A DNA stretch of 64,000 nucleotides, taken from the NCBI GenBank assembly GCA_002269645.1, contig NIVC01002547.1:60849-124848 (forward strand), in the 5' to 3' direction. The position numbers and the translations under genes are program-made. Below the pieces are notes generated by a model, which saw only the letters and a program-made list of their open reading frames with translations, did no database searches and was not told the origin of the DNA. The stretch's first letter is position 1. Every line of letters starts with the position of its first letter. The stretch is from Macrostomum lignano. Taxonomy: Eukaryota. Of this stretch, positions 10,843-24,947 are shown piece after piece.

Positions 10843-13800
10843 TGTGTTTTGTTTGTTTGGTTCATTTGTTTGTGGGGTTCATTTGTTTGTGTGGTTTATT
10901 TGTTTGTGTGATTCATTTGTTTGTGTGGTTCATTTGTTTGTGTGATTCATTTGTTTGTGTGGTTCATTTGTTTGCGTGGTTCATTTGTTTGCGTGGTTCA
11001 TTTGTTTGTTTGGTTAATTTGTTTGTGTGGTTCATTTGTTTGTTTAGTTCATTTGTTTGTGTGGTTCATTTGTTTGTGTGATTCATTTGTTTGTGTGGTT
11101 CATTTGTTTGTGTGGTTCATTTGTTTGTGTGGTTCATTTGTTTGTGTGATTCATTTGTTTGTTTGGTTCATTTGTTTGTGTGGTTCATTTGTTTGTTTAG
11201 TTCATTTGTTTGTGTGGTTCATTTGTTTGTTTAGTTCATTTGTTTGTGTGGTTCATTTGTTTGTTTAGTTCATTTGTTTGTTTGGTTCATTTGTTTGTGT
11301 GGTTCATTTGTTTGTGTGATTCATTTGTTTGTGTGGTTCATTTGTTTGTGTGATTCGTTTGTTTGTTTTGTTCATTTGTTTGTGTGATTCATTTGTTTGT
11401 GTGGTTCATTTGTTTGTGTGGTTCATTTGTTTGTGTGGTTCATTTGTTTGTGTGGTTCATTTGTTTGTTTTGTTCATTTGTTTGTGTGGTTCATTTGTTT
11501 GTGTGATTCATTTGTTTGTGTGGTTCATTTGTTTGTGTGGTTCATTTGTTTGTGTGGTTCATTTGTTTGTGTGATTCATTTGTTTGTGTGGTTCGTTTGT
11601 TTGTTTAGTTCATTTGTTTGTTTAGTTCATTTGTTTGTGTGGTTCGTTTGTTTGTGTGGTTCATTTGTTTGTGTGGTTTATTTGTTTGTGTGGTTCATTT
11701 GTTTGTGTGGTTCATTTGTTTGTTTTGTTCATTTGTTTGTTTGATTCATTTGTTTGTGTGATTCATTTGTTTGTGTGGTTCGTTTGTTTGTTTTGTTCAT
11801 TTGTTTGTTTGGTTCGTTTGTTTGTTTTGTTCATTTGTTTGTGTGGTTCATTTGTTTGTGTGGTTCATTTGTTTGTGTGGTTCATTTGTTTGTGTGATTC
11901 ATTTGTTTCTGTGGTTCATTTGTTTGTGTGGTTCATTTGTTTGTGTGATTCATTTGTTTGTGTGGTTCGTTTGTTTGTTTTGTTCATTTGTTTGTTTGGT
12001 TCGTTTGTTTGTTTTGTTCATTTGTTTGTGTGGTTCATTTGTTTGTGTGGTTCATTTGTTTGTGTGGTTCATTTGTTTGTGTGGTTCATTTGTTTGTTTT
12101 GTTCATTTGTTTGTTTGATTCATTTGTTTGTGTGATTCATTTGTTTGTGTGGTTCGTTTGTTTGTTTTGTTCATTTGTTTGTTTGGTTCGTTTGTTTGTT
12201 TTGTTCATTTGTTTGTGTGGTTCATTTGTTTGTGTGGTTCATTTGTTTGTGTGGTTCATTTGTTTGTGTGGTTCATTTGTTTGTTTTGTTCGTTTGTTTG
12301 TTTTGTTCATTTGTTTGTGTGGTTCATTTGTTTGTGTGGTTCATTTGTGTGGTTCATTTGTTTGTTTTGTTCATTTGTTTGTGTGGTTCATTTGTTTGTG
12401 TGGTTCATTTGTTTGTGTGATTCATTTGTTTGTGTGGTTCATTTGTTTGTGTGGTTCATTTGTTTGTGTGGTTCATTTGTTTGTGTGATTCATTTGTTTG
12501 TGTGGTTCGTTTGTTTGTTTAGTTCATTTGTTTGTTTAGTTCATTTGTTTGTGTGGTTCGTTTGTTTGTGTGGTTCATTTGTTTGTGTGGTTTATTTGTT
12601 TGTGTGGTTCATTTGTTTGTGTGGTTCATTTGTTTGTTTTGTTCATTTGTTTGTTTGATTCATTTGTTTGTGTGATTCATTTGTTTGTGTGGTTCGTTTG
12701 TTTGTTTTGTTCATTTGTTTGTTTGGTTCGTTTGTTTGTTTTGTTCATTTGTTTGTGTGGTTCATTTGTTTGTGTGGTTCATTTGTTTGTGTGGTTCATT
12801 TGTTTGTGTGATTCATTTGTTTGTGTGGTTCATTTGTTTGTGTGGTTCATTTGTTTGTGTGATTCATTTGTTTGTGTGGTTCATTTGTTTGTGTGGTTCA
12901 TTTGTTTGTGTGGTTCATTTGTTTGTGTGGTTCATTTGTTTGTGTGATTCATTTGTTTGTGTGGTTCGTTTGTTTGTTTAGTTCATTTGTTTGTTTAGTT
13001 CATTTGTTTGTGTGGTTCGTTTGTTTGTGTGGTTCATTTGTTTGTGTGGTTTATTTGTTTGTGTGGTTCATTTGTTTGTGTGGTTCATTTGTTTGTTTTG
13101 TTCATTTGTTTGTTTGATTCATTTGTTTGTGTGATTCATTTGTTTGTGTGGTTCGTTTGTTTGTTTTGTTCATTTGTTTGTTTGGTTCGTTTGTTTGTTT
13201 TGTTCATTTGTTTGTGTGGTTCATTTGTTTGTGTGGTTCATTTGTTTGTTTTGTTCATTTGTTTGTTTGATTCATTTGTTTGTGTGATTCATTTGTTTGT
13301 GTGGTTCGTTTGTTTGTTTTGTTCATTTGTTTGTTTGGTTCGTTTGTTTGTTTTGTTCATTTGTTTGTGTGGTTCATTTGTTTGTGTGGTTCATTTGTTT
13401 GTGTGGTTCATTTGTTTGTGTGGTTCATTTGTTTGTGTGGTTCATTTGTTTGTTTTGTTCATTTGTTTGTTTGATTCATTTGTTTGTGTGATTCATTTGT
13501 TTGTGTGGTTCGTTTGTTTGTTTTGTTCATTTGTTTGTTTGGTTCGTTTGTTTGTTTTGTTCATTTGTTTGTGTGGTTCATTTGTTTGTGTGGTTCATTT
13601 GTTTGTGTGATTCATTTGTTTGTGTGGTTCATTTGTTTGTGTGGTTCATTTGTTTGTGTGGTTCATTTGTTTGTGTGATTCATTTGTTTGTGTGGTTCGT
13701 TTGTTTGTTTAGTTCATTTGTTTGTTTAGTTCATTTGTTTGTGTGGTTCGTTTGTTTGTGTGGTTCATTTGTTTGTGTGGTTCATTTGTTTGTGTGGTTC

Positions 13801-15176
13801 ATTTGTTTGTTTTGTTCATTTGTTTGTTTGATTCATTTGTTTGTGTGATTCATTTGTTTGTGTGGTTCGTTTGTTTGTTTTGTTCATTTGTTTGTTTGGT
13901 TCGTTTGTTTGTTTTGTTCATTTGTTTGTGTGGTTCATTTGTTTGTGTGGTTCATTTGTTTGTGTGGTTCATTTGTTTGTGTGGTTCATTTGTTTGTGTG
14001 GTTCATTTGTTTGTGTGGTTCATTTGTTTGTGTGATTCATTTGTTTGTGTGGTTCATTTGTTTGTGTGGTTCATTTGTTTTTGTGGTTCATTTGTTTGTG
14101 TGATTCATTTGTTTGTGTGGTTCGTTTGTTTGTTTAGTTCATTTGTTTGTTTAGTTCATTTGTTTGTGTGGTTCGTTTGTTTGTGTGGTTCATTTGTTTG
14201 TGTGGTTTATTTGTTTGTGTGGTTCATTTGTTTGTGTGGTTCATTTGTTTGTTTTGTTCATTTGTTTGTTTGATTCATTTGTTTGTGTGATTCATTTGTT
14301 TGTGTGGTTCGTTTGTTTGTTTTGTTCATTTGTTTGTTTGGTTCGTTTGTTTGTTTTGTTCATTTGTTTGTGTGGTTCATTTGTTTGTGTGGTTCATTTG
14401 TTTGTGTGGTTCATTTGTTTGTTTTGTTCATTTGTTTGTTTGATTCATTTGTTTGTGTGATTCATTTGTTTGTGTGGTTCGTTTGTTTGTTTTGTTCATT
14501 TGTTTGTTTGGTTCGTTTGTTTGTTTTGTTCATTTGTTTGTGTGGTTCATTTGTTTGTGTGGTTCATTTGTTTGTGTGGTTCATTTGTTTGTGTGGTTCA
14601 TTTGTTTGTTTTGTTCATTTGTTTGTTTGATTTATTTGTTTGTGTGATTCATTTGTTTGTGTGGTTCGTTTGTTTGTTTTGTTCATTTGTTTGTTTGGTT
14701 CGTTTGTTTGTTTTGTTCATTTGTTTGTGTGGTTCATTTGTTTGTGTGGTTCATTTGTTTGTGTGGTTCATTTGTTTGTTTTGTTCATTTGTTTGTTTGA
14801 TTCATTTGTTTGTGTGATTCATTTGTTTGTGTGGTTCGTTTGTTTGTTTTGTTCATTTGTTTGTTTGGTTCGTTTGTTTGTTTTGTTCATTTGTTTGTGT
14901 GGTTCATTTGTTTGTGTGGTTCATTTGTTTGTGTGGTTCATTTGTTTGTGTGGTTCATTTGTTTGTGTGGTTCATTTGTTTGTTTTGTTCATTTGTTTGT
15001 TTGATTCATTTGTTTGTGTGATTCATTTGTTTGTGTGGTTCGTTTGTTTGTTTTGTTCATTTGTTTGTTTGGTTCGTTTGTTTGTTTTGTTCATTTGTTT
15101 GTGTGGTTCATTTGTTTGTGTGGTTCATTTGTTTGTGTGGTTCATTTGTTTGTGTGGTTCATTTGTTTGTGTGTGA
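10843..15176. repeat. 4.3-kb 17-bp G/T-rich minisatellite (GTGGTTCATTTGTTTGT)
   Basis: About 255 copies with a few recurring variants and one 13-bp truncated unit. All ORFs here are repeat translations. Confidence 0.98.
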
Positions 15177-15867
15177 TCTCTAGTTTGTTTGAATTATCAG
15201 TATTGGTGAAATATTAACTCTAGTGAATAAAACTCTTGACTCCATTATCATTAATTCTCGTAAGCAATCTTCTGTGTGATTCGCGCACCTGCTGCTGTGA
15301 TCTACCAGTTTGCTTCTGCGAGGTCTGCCTGTTGCTTCCAAGCTCATGGGAATTCAAGGGGGAATTCAACAAGGCCATGTCGCACCGATGCACCCGGCAG
15401 CAATTGCTACAGCCCCCCCATTTCCTGTGAAACCTGTGCGTTCCAATAGAGTTTTGAACCATTTTTCTGTTGAACAAATCATTAGAATCCGTTTTGCGAT
15501 TTTTCCCGCCTGATTTCCGTAGTTGGAGTGAAGCCTCGAGCTTCAGTTTAATTTGTGATTTAAGCTGTTGATTTGCGACACTTTTGCTGTTAGTATTTTT
15601 TCTATTGGGTTAAATTGCACCTGTTTGCCAATGAAATAAAATTGTGCTTTTTTACTGAGCATCCGCCATCTGTTTGATCTCGCCGCCATCCGTACAATCC
15701 ACTGGATCTCTTGATTTTAAACTTTAGCGTCTTTAGCGTCATGCGTCTTTCTGTTTATTTTGCTTTCTTGAGCCAGTGGAGTCACAGCATTGTAACATTT
15801 TTCGTTCGAATTCTACAGTCGCTCTGTAAACGCCCTCACGCATTGAGAATCGCCCTAAAACCCCTTC

Positions 15868-16293
15868 GAGTTGCAGTCAAACATCGAGAGTTGCAGTCAA
15901 ACATCAAGAGTTGCACTCAAACATCGAAAGTTGCAGTCAAACATCGAGAGTTGCAGTCAAACATCGAGAGAGTTGCAGTCAAACATCGAGAGAGTTGCAG
16001 TCAAACATCGAGAGAGTTGCAGGCAAACATCGAGAGAGTTGCAGTCAAGCATCGAGAGAGTTGCAGTCAAAAATCGAGAGAGTTGCAGTCAAGCATCGAG
16101 AGAGTTGCAGTTAAACATCGAGAGAGTTGCAGTCAAACATCGAGAGAGTTGCAGTCAAACATCGAGAGAGTTGCAGTCAAGCATCGAGAGAGTTGCAGTC
16201 AAGCATCGAGAGAGTTGCAGTTAAACATCGAGAGAGTTGCAGTCAAACATCGAGAGAGTTGCAGTCAAGCATCGAGAGAGTTGCAGGCAAACA
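15868..16293. repeat. 20/22-bp minisatellite (GAGTTGCAGTCAAACATCGAGA)
   Basis: About 20 copies; 20-bp units at the left become 22-bp units. Confidence 0.95.
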
Positions 16294-19200
16294 TCATCAG
16301 GGGAGTTGCACTGAATTATTTTTTGTCATTTTTTACGTTGATCTTCTAGTCAGAGTCAAGTCAGGTGTGTCAGGGCCGCACCGAGTTTATTCGGATGTTG
16401 GTGAGGCCCAATCGTCTTCAGTCTTATTCAAGTAGCAGTATTTTTCGATGCGCCTGCATGACCAAGGAGGAGACTTGGCCGTACGAGCGTATTCTTGCAC
16501 TGCTTCTTACGTCACATCAGCTTTCTCATTTTTCCCCTGCCCTTCACGCCCGCCACTGCCAGCCACTGTCACACGGCTTCTGCTCTTTGTTTCACTTTGC
16601 TGGGTCGTTCGCAAATTCTAGGAGGAGCAAAAATTTTAACAATTTTCCGAACATTTACTATTGTTACTGCCATATTGAAAATAATAGGACACTTTTATCT
16701 GTGAATAAAGATAATTTTTGGGTTAAACTTTATCATGCAAAAGTGTTTTTTAATCATCTGGCGGTATTAAGCGATAATTAGCGATGAAAAAATTCAAATT
16801 CAATCATTTCACCGATGTTAATTTTTGGTACTACAAGATGTCTGTAGCTAAAAAAAAGTTGTTGTTGTGTTGAAACCTTGCTATATTACATTTAAAATTA
16901 AAGCTTATATAAATTTAATTTAAGATTTTTTTAAAGCTCAATAAACTGCACTATAAATGATTTTATAGACGCTTAACTGTACGCCTAGCATTTCCGGTGG
17001 GATAGCCTCTTTGCGTCTCACAAAATGTATTTTTTCAGCTGACGTCTAGAATGTGCGCTTAAAATGATACATTTTGATGCAGATAATTAGAAAAACATGT
17101 CTTTTTATCTTTTTGTAAAAAATTGTTATGAAATAGAGCACTATTGTTGATAAAAATAATTAAAAGCAACCATGCATCGCAATAAACTCCTACTTTGAAG
17201 CACAAAATAAATATCCTGTAACCACACTAGCATTCTCCATGGAGCACCTTTTGAGCTGAAATTTTACACAGATATCCAGTAAAGTAAACTGAGCAAATGA
17301 TTTTTTTTGTTTTTGAAAATACTTCAATTTGGCTATGTATCAGTTAGTACATTGGACATATTTATTATATTTTTATTAAAATCCTTGTAACCAAGCTACA
17401 GAGAAACATGTGCAAAACTGGACCTTGAAATTTGACCTGAATGATCAGCAAATGTGTATCTCGAAATGATTTTTTTTGTTTTCATCAAGTCATTCTATGC
17501 TAATTTTTTCTGAAGGTAAAGATACCATATATTTAGAGTCAATAGGGGAAGCATTTAGACTTATTCAATAGTCATTAAAATTGCAACTATATTATTATAA
17601 TATAGTAATAATATTATACATGTATTATATAGTAATATTAACTTCTAAGATGCCCTTATAAATTTAAGTAAAGACAACAGGCCTTAATTAATTAATCAGC
17701 ATTTTGAAGAAACTGACCTTATACAGATGGGCCCCAAGCTAAGAAATGAATGTAGAGCTTATTTCGTGTAAGGTATAAAAATCAATTTATTAAAATATTA
17801 AATACTTCTAATAAATTGGTTAAATTAGTTATTTACCTTGAATTAATTTAATTTTAATAATTAAATATATAAATTTGTTTCACTTCTTACTGCATTTAAA
17901 TAGAGTACCTCTCTACTATACTATAGAAGTATAGTAAAAGTACATGGTAAAAAAGTATAGTAAAAAATTTTCTTTGGTTTAATCCCAGCTTGCCTCAGTT
18001 TTTTAGTCTTAATACGAGCTAGATAGTAAGTGTTGATTAATTTGCTCCATCACCTTTTGCCACGGAAACAGCACATGTCGGACATGCAACACTCTTCCTG
18101 ATCCCTGGATTCAAGATGACTGCTTCTGCTTCTTCAATGCTTGAAAACTGAGCTCATGGAGCTTTAGGTTATGCTGTCAGAGTGCTGCTGCCGGTGCTGT
18201 GTGTGTATGTGTGTGTCTTCTGCGGGTAGGTTCCATGTCCCTCAGTTTAGCCACTGTTGTGGGCTAACTGGAGGAATTGCCGTTGTCGGTGCTGCAGGTG
18301 GCACTGCATGGTAGTATTGACGCTGTCAGTGACGCTGGCAAAGGCTTGGACGAAGCTAGGTGCCGTCATTGTCAGAAGGACATGCGTGTGCTGCTTAGAC
18401 CAGTGCGCACATTCGACTGGACTCGTATCTGGTGCAGTCTGGTGTATTCACTGAGATTGTGTGGATCTGCCTCCTCGCATCACCTCAACCAGGCTCAATT
18501 TCTTTTGTAGAATTTTCGTGCGCTGCTTAACTGCATCTTGTGCCTGCTGAGTGATGCCAAGAATTGTGCCACACAATAATTTGGCCCATAAACTACTCGT
18601 ATATTATACATATGTATGCACAGCACACACACACGCAGTTCATTCACATTAAACGTACTAGTTAATGGAATTCTCATCTCATGAGCTCCAGTCTATGGAC
18701 AAACCTGAAATTACTAGAATATCTAGACAGATCTAAACTTCTTTGAGCAGCGCGCTGCGCTGCGAGCAAATACATGTAGATTCCTTAGCGCAACTAATTA
18801 ATAGTGTAGTACAGTCTACAGCCTGAAGTAGCCTGTGTAAGATGCGGAGGGATGATTTTTGCATAGGAAGCCACTACGGTAAGGTTGATGGAACTATGGG
18901 GAGGTGAGAGATTCAAAGCGAGGGACGGAAGCCATGCATAGTTCGATCATAAGTTTGATTATTGCATGAGTCTGGGGATGCATTAACGAGAGGCAGACGA
19001 GAGCATAGAAATAAAGCGGGCTAAATATATTATTACACAAAATTACATGTACTAGCTAGTAATTTCAGAATGGTCAGCGACTCCTCCGATTTGTATCCGC
19101 GACCGCGTGCCCACAAATCCCCCGGCAGACCCTGTCGCAGTTGGTGGTTGTGCACAGAATACAATGTTAATTTTCGAGCTTCTCTGCAAAAAATGCGTGA

Positions 19201-22200
19201 TGCACTCAAGATGCGTGCTATAGTCTACTTCTTTGATTGATGGCTGGGTTTTGCCTTTTCGCTTGTGATCATCAAAAGCTTGGGCGTCATTGCTACGGTG
19301 TTTCAGTGTGCGCATTATGTCTGGTTATCATATTATGTGCATGTGCAGTGTCTTTTACCTACATTTTTGTTTGTCTCTGTTTCCTGCATGCTCTTTCGCA
19401 TTTTTACACCTCGCAAATCCTCATTTTTCTCAATTAACAAGTGAAATCTTTTCTTAAAGACTAATTGCTATTTTAGTTAAGCTAGTAGGTTTTTGGTAAT
19501 TAAATAATTCAATTTTGTCTATTTTCCAAAAAGTTTCAAAAAATGAATTAATTAAAATAAATTTGAATTATTTTAAGTTAATTGGAGTAAAATGTCTAAT
19601 AAGTAACTATGATTTTTTATTTTAAGTACATGTAGCTTTGGTATAAGTATTAATGTAATGAGTACTTAAAGTAAAATCAAGCAAGTTATAGTTTTCAGAA
19701 ATTATGCTACAAATAATCAAATATATACTAGAATCCGAATTCCTTTATTAAGGAACATGCAGTCGATATTAAATCCACAATGTGCGTTTTGGTGTTCAAG
19801 GATAGTTCCCTGACTTTTTCTATTATTAGTTAGATTTTATTATATTTAATGTAAAAATGAACAATTCTATTCAAGGTAAAAATGAACATTCTTTATTTGT
19901 CGAATCATCTTGCCTTTGAAAAGATACATAGTGAAAACTTGATTTTTAATTCAACCTTTCAAGACTTATTTAGACTTCTCAATTCAGTGATTAGTTAAAC
20001 TGATCGAAGTTCTTTCGAGTGCATGCTATAATAATTTCGCACTTTTTCGCACACGATAATTTTAAATGTCTGGGATTTAGAGCAGAGTAACAAAATGCTG
20101 TGCTCAAAAACATTTCCTTTGTCAATTTCTTGTTCTTTTATTTTTGCAAAAGAAATTTAACTGCATATTTAAAATAAAAATGGAAGAAAATTTTATTTTC
20201 TCTTTAATATTTTTGTCGTTTATTTTCCGCAACAAAGAATAACAAATAGCCTTGATTTCTTCTCAATTTCAAGTTTTCTTGTGGTTTTAGTAGCAGCTTC
20301 TTACAGAAATTGTCAAAAGAATTTTTTTTGTACGATTATTGGTCGATGTATAAACTTTTTTTGCAATAACAAAAAGTTGTGACCTAGCTTTGAGAACGAC
20401 CCCGGTCGAGGATAATTTTTTAGATCATTTAAAAATGATTCTTTAGAATTAGCATATCATAATAGATAAACTAGTTTTCTTTCCCCAACTGATTTTTTTA
20501 CCTAATAGGTATCAGAGAAAATAGTAATTAATGGTACGATAAATGCATTTAACTTGTTTTTATTAGTTGCTAAAATGAAGCGTCACTTGTCATAATGCAT
20601 TACGACAAAAAAGCAAACAGCTACCTTCCTAGAGTTGAAACGACACGCGATAATAGATGAGGCGTGAGGTGGTGGTTCTAGAGTATATCATTAATAAAAT
20701 CGATAGCAAGGTAGAACGCAAGGGTGCAACTGTTTATAGATTGCGGTTGCGGGTACCTTTTATATTCATATATTCATAGTTTTTTCATGGAACATTCCGG
20801 AAGCCAGAATGTTCTAGGCCGGAATTTGTCAACTTAGCTATTTTTGGTAAATATTTATCGGGGAAATTTATATAATTATAGTGTGTTTCTACAGACCGTA
20901 CATGCACATGCTAAAATTTACTTCATATGTAGTATTTATGTCTATGCGCTCGTAGATAAGATGCACTACTTTTTAATCTCTCTTGGCAAATCTGTTAATG
21001 TGCAGTTTGTGCTTAAGGTTTTAAATGAGTTAATTTAGGAATTATATAATAAAGTTTTTTTGGAATCAGAACATGGACCGTTTTTAGGAGTGACAACATT
21101 TACATAGTGTTGTGCTAAACTGGATCGCAACTCTAGTCATCTCAGTGGACGAGCCCGAAGATGGCGTCAGTCAACTGGCCGGACTGACTTCGGACTCGGA
21201 GCGTGGGATCGCGTCAGGAGACTTGATCAGCCTGTCGATCCCTACGGCACAAATTAAACCCAGCCAGTCCCTCAAATGAGAAAGACACGCGACTTACTCT
21301 CTTATCTTCACGCAACAGTGATGGCGGCGGCAGGGGTGGCTTCTCTCAACTTCTGACAAAAGTTCTGAGTAAAGACTGGCTTCTGAGTAAGTTCAGTTTT
21401 GGTTGTAATAGATCGAGCTTGTAGCTGCGTATAGATCGACACGAAAGGGTGGCCTCCCCTACCGCCACTCCTGCATACAGTTATATTTACGCTAGCTGGT
21501 AAAGCCCTGGGGTATCGCTACCCCAGGCCCAGCTAGCCAAAATTACGAGTCTTAACAGTTACAAAGCGCACCGAGGTCGCGATTGGAGGAGGGAGAGTAC
21601 ACATTGGACCGCCAGCCAATCGCAGGGCGAGTGAGGGCGCACTGGGGCGCAGCCAGCCAAAACCGGCTGGCCCATACAGACAGTGGGGTTGGGTGCATCT
21701 GGGGGGGGGTCTGACACAGACAGAATGGGGGGGGGTTGACGCAGGCACGCTGCCGGTATGGGTAGGAGTGCAGTGCACACTCATAATTACATCCATGAAC
21801 CTTAAGTGCCCGCAGCTATGCCTATATGATTAAGCATAGTGCAACTTGAATGCAGATGCATGGCATCAGTTTTTTTGTAGGGATTTTGTAGGGATGCTGT
21901 AGGAATATGAGCGCGCGTGCAATTTCAATCTCAGACAGACAGGTATAAATTGCGCGCTCACCAAGGACGACTGAATCTCACCCTGCTGGCGCTCTGTGCA
22001 GCAAAATGCTGTCTGGGTACAATATTTAGAAGTATATATACGATTCCATATCCAAAACACGAGCAAACCAGGGACTACCCAAACAGCTAATTGTTTAAGT
22101 AGTCCCTGGCTGAAGCAAACTCGTAAAAGCGAAATTGTTGGAAGACACTTCTAGCCACCTGCCAATGAAAATTATTTCGGACTCGCTCTTTCAGGTGGAG

Positions 22201-24947
22201 CTGATCGCATTGACGATCGGTTTTAAACTTGAGACGAGATGCTCAAACTTGGACGAATACTTGAGCGCGCTTGGACTTTATTCTGCGCACCGAGGAGCCG
22301 ATCTACCGAGAACTCGAAACAGACAGCCGAATGGCGCCCAACAATACTAACAGGAAATCCTCAAGCAGAACTTCTATAGGCTACGAAGCTTCAGTTGGGT
22401 CACTTTTATAATCTCGAAAATTCACGGATTGAAAGGCAGTATACGCAATTAGAACTACAAACTCAGAATTTCGTGGAAAATGTCGAAAAGCATGGATAGT
22501 GTAACTTTCGCTTGCTAAAAATGTCAAAATTCTGCCAAAATTGCAGGCTTGTAAAACACTGAATTTTGCCGTTAGCCATGCATTTGACCACATTAGGCTA
22601 ATAAAGTCCATTTGCCCATGAAAGGATGAATCCAGTTCTCATGTGGCTATAAAGAAACTCTAGGCAGGCATTGCACAGCACCCCCATGCATCTTCTCATA
22701 AATCAGACTGATCGAGCAGCATGAACCTGTGTTGCCAGCCTGCAAAGAGAAGTCAAATATCCTGCTCAGCCCCCGGGGACTCATTAATGTCTCCTCTTCC
22801 CGAACTTTTCTCCCATCACCACCCCATCTCTCTCTCCCTCGCAGTATTGAATTCCCGGCTGGGTTCCCCAGCGGCTTCATTCTTTGTGCATCCTCGCCGC
22901 ATGTCTAGCAGAGCTTTGTGCGCTCCGCGGTCAAACATCGCAGCGGGCCGACTTTTCCGTCCAGCCCCTTCGCGATTTTGCTGGGGCAAACTGTCTGCAA
23001 CTTTGTTGCTCTTGCCGCTATGAGCAAGCTTCCAGTCTCTAATTAGCGTCATCCTCTTTGCATCCCCTCCCTGTGTGCAGATTCGAACCCTTTGAATGCG
23101 AAGTAGATCTCTTGAAGCTTCAGTGCACATCACTTATTTGCTGTATCCATAAAAATGCGCGCTTAAGGTATTCTACTCACCTATGCAGTTTCGGAAGGTG
23201 CGTGGCGAAGTTCAGCCATCAATTTACAAATCATTTACACTGCCTGACAATGAGTTTGATCTAACGTATGCGTTTGTGTGAGCGGCGTGCTCAGGGTCAG
23301 CGTTAGCGAACTTGAGCATAACTGCCTGACAGTCCTTCCTGTGTGCCTGTGCATGCAGCTTTGAGTTGCGGCAGTGCCCAGAGCTGCCTTCGACAGACTG
23401 ATGTCTGCCTCTCTGGCTCACCCTGTGCGCTGTCTCCCTGGAGACAGCCCAACAAAAATTTGAGAAATTTTCATCTTATTCAATGAATTGATTCAGAGAA
23501 TGGATGAAGCTTCTCTTGCGCTAATGACTCAAGCTGCTCTGGCAAGTATGTCAACAGCTTCTCTTGCGCTAATGACTCAGGCTGCTCTGGCAAGTATGTC
23601 AACAGCTTCTCCCGCCCCGCCAAACCCTCAATTCTGAATGACCAGCCCTCAAAAATGATAGCATTAGCAAGCATTAGCATTAGCATTAGCAAAAGCATTA
23701 GCAAGCTCCGGTTTGAATCAGTTGAATATCGGGCCCAGCTGCCCTGCAAGGTGGCAGTGACGACCTGCACCTGCACAGCCGCACAGCCTTCCCACTGCTA
23801 ACCGAATGCAGCAGGATCAAGCCAAATGCGGAGGTCAATTTGCAGCCCGAGCCAGAGGAGAAATCCCTGCAACAGCGAGCGGGTCGGAGCAGTAGACGAT
23901 AATTTATTGCTGTTGTTCGACCTCCCATGCAGCTGGCCCGGCGACGGAGCCCGCGGCTCTGCCCGAGCTCGAGGATTCTCGTACGCGAGCTGGCCCTCCC
24001 CATCCTTCCTTAGCTGCAGAAAAAGATTAAAAGCCAGGGCCAAAAGAGCAGCGGATGAACGGCCCCGCCCAGCCCAGACGGCACCTGGGATTTGGGTGGG
24101 ATCGGCGGCAGGCTGCGTGAGTCACCGCACGCGCAGACAGCCCGCAGTGCGATTCAATTATTCGTGTTTGCTTAGCACTCGCATCGGGGCCCGCAATTAC
24201 AGCCGGATTGATTGATGCGCCCGATACGGGGCCTGATGGGGAATCGAGCCGGGCATTAAATGGGATATTTGGAATGCGCCCAAGCAACATCCACTGCACG
24301 GCCCATCGGCCTGGGACAGGAGGGCACGGATTTCTGCGGCAATGTGGATCTGGATTGGGATTGGGATCTGTGGCGAGCCAGTGGGATCGGGCTGGTGGGA
24401 GCGAGGGTCGGGGAGGGAAAAGCGTGCGGGGTAGGCGGTGAGGCGGCTCACGGACGGGGCTGGTCCGTGGGAGCCGGACCGGACGCGGGCTGAACAATGC
24501 CTGATTGGCATCTCAGGAGGCCGTGAGGCGGGGTGGAGACACGGAAGCTGCGGCTGAATTACCTGCCTATAGAGACACGCGGAGAAAGAGAGAGCAGGTG
24601 GAGCTGGAATGACAGGGAACACGGAGTGGGAAAGCTTAGGGCAGAGATTGATTCGCGGGGAGGAGGGACCTCGCACTAGGCGGGTGAAAGTTGGACGGCA
24701 CCGCAAATGGTGCGGCCGCGGTGCAGGGAGGGAGAGGCAGGGCAGAATTTGTGGATCGCTGGCCAGCCAACCTGGATAGGGCGGGGGAGCCAGTGAAGGA
24801 TGAGAAGAAATAAAACAGGGAATCAAGCTTGAGCGCAGGCCAGTGGCCAGCAACCCTCGTGTAGCGCAAAGAAAAGCAGCGTTCCTGCGCTGCAGTCATT
24901 GCCAGCGGGTCACTGCCAGGTCATACAGCTCACTCGCCACGCCAGCC

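Noticed and set aside
10842-15217. Many Phe/Val/Cys-rich membrane-like ORFs
   Set aside because: Translation of the T/G-rich 17-mer array, which is poor in stop codons.
18330-18400. BED zinc-finger-like peptide EARCRHCQKDM (possible hAT transposase remnant)
   Set aside because: No downstream His pair and no transposase core nearby.
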